Program-made: the position numbers and the translations under genes | From: an uncultured Eubacteriales bacterium | GTDB taxonomy: Bacteria > Bacillota > Clostridia > Oscillospirales > CAG-272 | Reading direction: 5' to 3' | Length of the DNA stretch: 64,000 nt | Assembly: GCA_934486825.1 (NCBI GenBank) | Contig: CAKSQF010000001.1 | Span: forward strand, 34,905 to 98,904 | Shown here: positions 62,542 to 64,000 of the stretch, in pieces | Numbering within the stretch: position 1 is the first letter of the stretch | Layout: each line of letters opens with the position of its first letter | The notes under the pieces: generated by a model | What the model was told of the DNA's origin: nothing | Databases searched by the model: none | Seen by the model: only the letters and a program-made list of their open reading frames with translations

Positions 62542-63285
62542 ATGTCGAAAATTAAAGTTGATATTGATGCTATCACAGGCAATCTGAAAAATATCGGATA
62601 TATTATAAACGATATCGTTGTCGGGGATAACAACGGAACTAATTGGAAGATTGCATTTTCTAATAGCGGAGCTATTGCTACGATCTATGATTCGAATAGA
62701 GTAAAAAACACAGTTGTAAATGGTAAATGTAATCAAGCAGAAAAAGAACAGCTGAAATCAATCATTGACGGGCTTAAAAGTGGAGAATATACAGCAGATC
62801 CGCTTAATGAAACTATTGTAAAACTGATACTTTCCAGAAAAGAAGATTACTATTATGATTTCAAAGAAACACAATATGGGGAGAATAAAAGGTATGATTT
62901 GCTGCATGATATCATTTGCCTTCTGAATAATACGGCGAATAGAGAGGCATATTTGATTATTGGGGTAACAAACGATTATGAACCTATTGGAGTAGAGCAA
63001 AGCATTGAGAGCAACAATTTGATTGACTGGTTCAAACATCTTGCCTTTGCAGGAAATGTTGTACCTGACATTGAGGTCAAACACCTGTTTTATACATATA
63101 AAAAAATTGATGTAATTGTCTGTAAGCCTTCTTTCAATGTACCATACTATCTTGAAAAAAGAGAAGGTAAAGTGGAGCCTTTTCACATATACACACGTGT
63201 AGGAGATACTAATACACCTGTCAACGAAAATGCCTCTCATGAGGATGTGTGCAAGTTGTGGAAGTACCATTTTTCTAATAATTGA
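62542..63285 (+). CDS. Two-domain protein between hsdS and hsdR. The N-terminal ~90 aa form a small alpha/beta module resembling the RNase HIII N-terminal (TBP-like) domain. The C-terminal ~150 aa form an AlbA_2 (Schlafen-like, former divergent AAA_4) domain.
   Basis: RBS AAAGGAG 7 nt upstream. The C-terminal pattern RKEDYYYDFKE...LLHDIICLLNNTANREAYLIIGVTNDYEPIGV...IEVKHLFYTYKKIDVIVCKPSFNVPYYLEK...HIYTRVGDTNTP follows the AlbA_2 consensus (E..EFK ... aNt.GG.l.iGv.d.g.i.G ... v.vi.v..s..PyY ... yiRvGs.t). The N-terminal WKIAFSNSGAIATIYDSNRVKNTVVNGK resembles the ...vtvY.sGKvl.QG strand-turn motif. Confidence 0.55.
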   Translation: MSKIKVDIDAITGNLKNIGYIINDIVVGDNNGTNWKIAFSNSGAIATIYDSNRVKNTVVNGKCNQAEKEQLKSIIDGLKSGEYTADPLNETIVKLILSRKEDYYYDFKETQYGENKRYDLLHDIICLLNNTANREAYLIIGVTNDYEPIGVEQSIESNNLIDWFKHLAFAGNVVPDIEVKHLFYTYKKIDVIVCKPSFNVPYYLEKREGKVEPFHIYTRVGDTNTPVNENASHEDVCKLWKYHFSNN

Positions 63286-63303
63286 TGATAGGGAGAAATA
63301 ATT

Positions 63304-64000
63304 ATGTCATTCACCGAATCTACATACGAAAATGCCGTAATACAACTGTTTGAAGGCATGGGCTACACGCACATATACGCGCCGGACATGGGGCGGGAGG
63401 ACTTTTCCGATCCGCTTATGGGTGGCGTTTTGCGTGACGCGCTGGTTCGCATCAATCGTGGCTTGCCGTTGGAGGCTATCGGTGAGGCACTCTCCAAAAT
63501 CCGCAATTTTGAGGGCGGCAGTCTCGTGGAGAAGAACCGCGTCTTTACGGGCTATTTGCAGGACGGCGTGGAGGTCAACTATACCGTGGGTGGCGAGACC
63601 CGCGCGGCGCTCGTCCGTCTGGTGGACTTCGAGAAGCCGGAAAACAACGATTTCGCGGTGGTCAATCAGTATACCTACATCGAAAACGGCAACAACCGCC
63701 GCCCCGACATCATCCTGTTTGTCAACGGTCTGCCGCTCGTGCTGATGGAGCTCAAAAGCCCCGCCAAAGAGGACGCCGGCGCAGAGGATGCCTATAACCA
63801 GCTGCGCAACTATATGCAGGACATCCCGTCCCTGTTCATCTACAACGCCGTCTGCGTGATCAGCGACCTTTCCACCAACCGCGCGGGCACGATTACCTCC
63901 GGCTTTGACCGCTTTATGGAGTGGAAAACCAAGGACGGCAGATACGAAAACACCGCCTATGCGCAATTTGACACCTTTTATGAGGGGATGTTCCCGAAAG
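63304..64000 (+). CDS. hsdR: Type I restriction enzyme, endonuclease/translocase subunit R (N-terminal part; continues beyond the window)
   Basis: My manual translation gives MSFTESTYENAVIQLFEGMGYTHIY...NNRRPDIILFVNGLPLVLMELKSPA...AYNQLRNYMQDIPSLFIYNA. This is the HsdR N-terminal PD-(D/E)xK nuclease domain (D...ELK). The frame stays open to nt 64000. Confidence 0.88.
   Translation, partial: MSFTESTYENAVIQLFEGMGYTHIYAPDMGREDFSDPLMGGVLRDALVRINRGLPLEAIGEALSKIRNFEGGSLVEKNRVFTGYLQDGVEVNYTVGGETRAALVRLVDFEKPENNDFAVVNQYTYIENGNNRRPDIILFVNGLPLVLMELKSPAKEDAGAEDAYNQLRNYMQDIPSLFIYNAVCVISDLSTNRAGTITSGFDRFMEWKTKDGRYENTAYAQFDTFYEGMFPK

Larger units (their letters stand above)
55830..64000. mobile_element. 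Decayed integrative/mobilizable element or genomic island carrying a Type I R-M operon. The left edge is approximate and the right end lies outside the window.
   Basis: It contains an integrase stub, a TnpV-like stub, HTH-relaxase-MobC, an XRE gene and hsdMS-x-hsdR, all after the terminator of the conserved dnaK-prmA operon. No intact recombinase is present in the window. Confidence 0.6.

Noticed and set aside
63307-63966. 219-aa minus-strand ORF and 131-aa plus-strand ORF (63350-63745)
   Set aside because: They lie antisense to, or out of frame with, the hsdR N-terminal domain. hsdR is absent from the track only because it has no stop inside the window.

Overview
This is a 64-kb window from a spore-forming Firmicute that looks Clostridia-like. 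The lineage markers are YunB, a CotH-family protein, DUF1540, an M50 site-2 protease, a T-box leader and a CIRCE/HrcA regulon. I cannot name the species from sequence alone.

Positions 1 to about 55,590 are ordinary housekeeping core:
- two tandem RpoD-like sigma-70 genes
- the str operon (rpsL-rpsG-fusA-tuf)
- an FMN riboswitch with a RibU-like transporter, and a SAM-I riboswitch with metK
- recD2 and comF; comF carries an in-frame amber codon
- a stand-alone GMP synthase ATP-pyrophosphatase subunit
- GH43, cysK, icd, a T-box with thrS, and clpX-clpP-tig
- thrC, ansA, yraN-rnhB-rbgA-lepB
- uvrB-murI-uvrA, a sortase B, a GT2 glycosyltransferase, and hrcA-grpE-dnaK-dnaJ-prmA

From about 55.6 kb to the window end lies an accessory island that looks like a decayed integrative/mobilizable element. 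It contains:
- a truncated host-type gene 5' end
- a 16-codon integrase stub
- a TnpV-like stub
- four ACTATGCAC repeats
- an HTH-relaxase-MobC module
- a Type I restriction-modification operon, XRE-hsdM-hsdS-[247-aa gene]-hsdR

The 247-aa gene is AT-rich. It appears to encode an AlbA_2/Schlafen-like domain fused to a small N-terminal module resembling the RNase HIII N-terminal domain. It sits between hsdS and hsdR, the kind of position the anticodon nuclease PrrC occupies within its Type I locus. This is my best candidate for an uncharacterised defence component.

I saw no rRNA genes, tRNA genes or CRISPR arrays. All domain calls come from reading motifs by eye, with no database searches.
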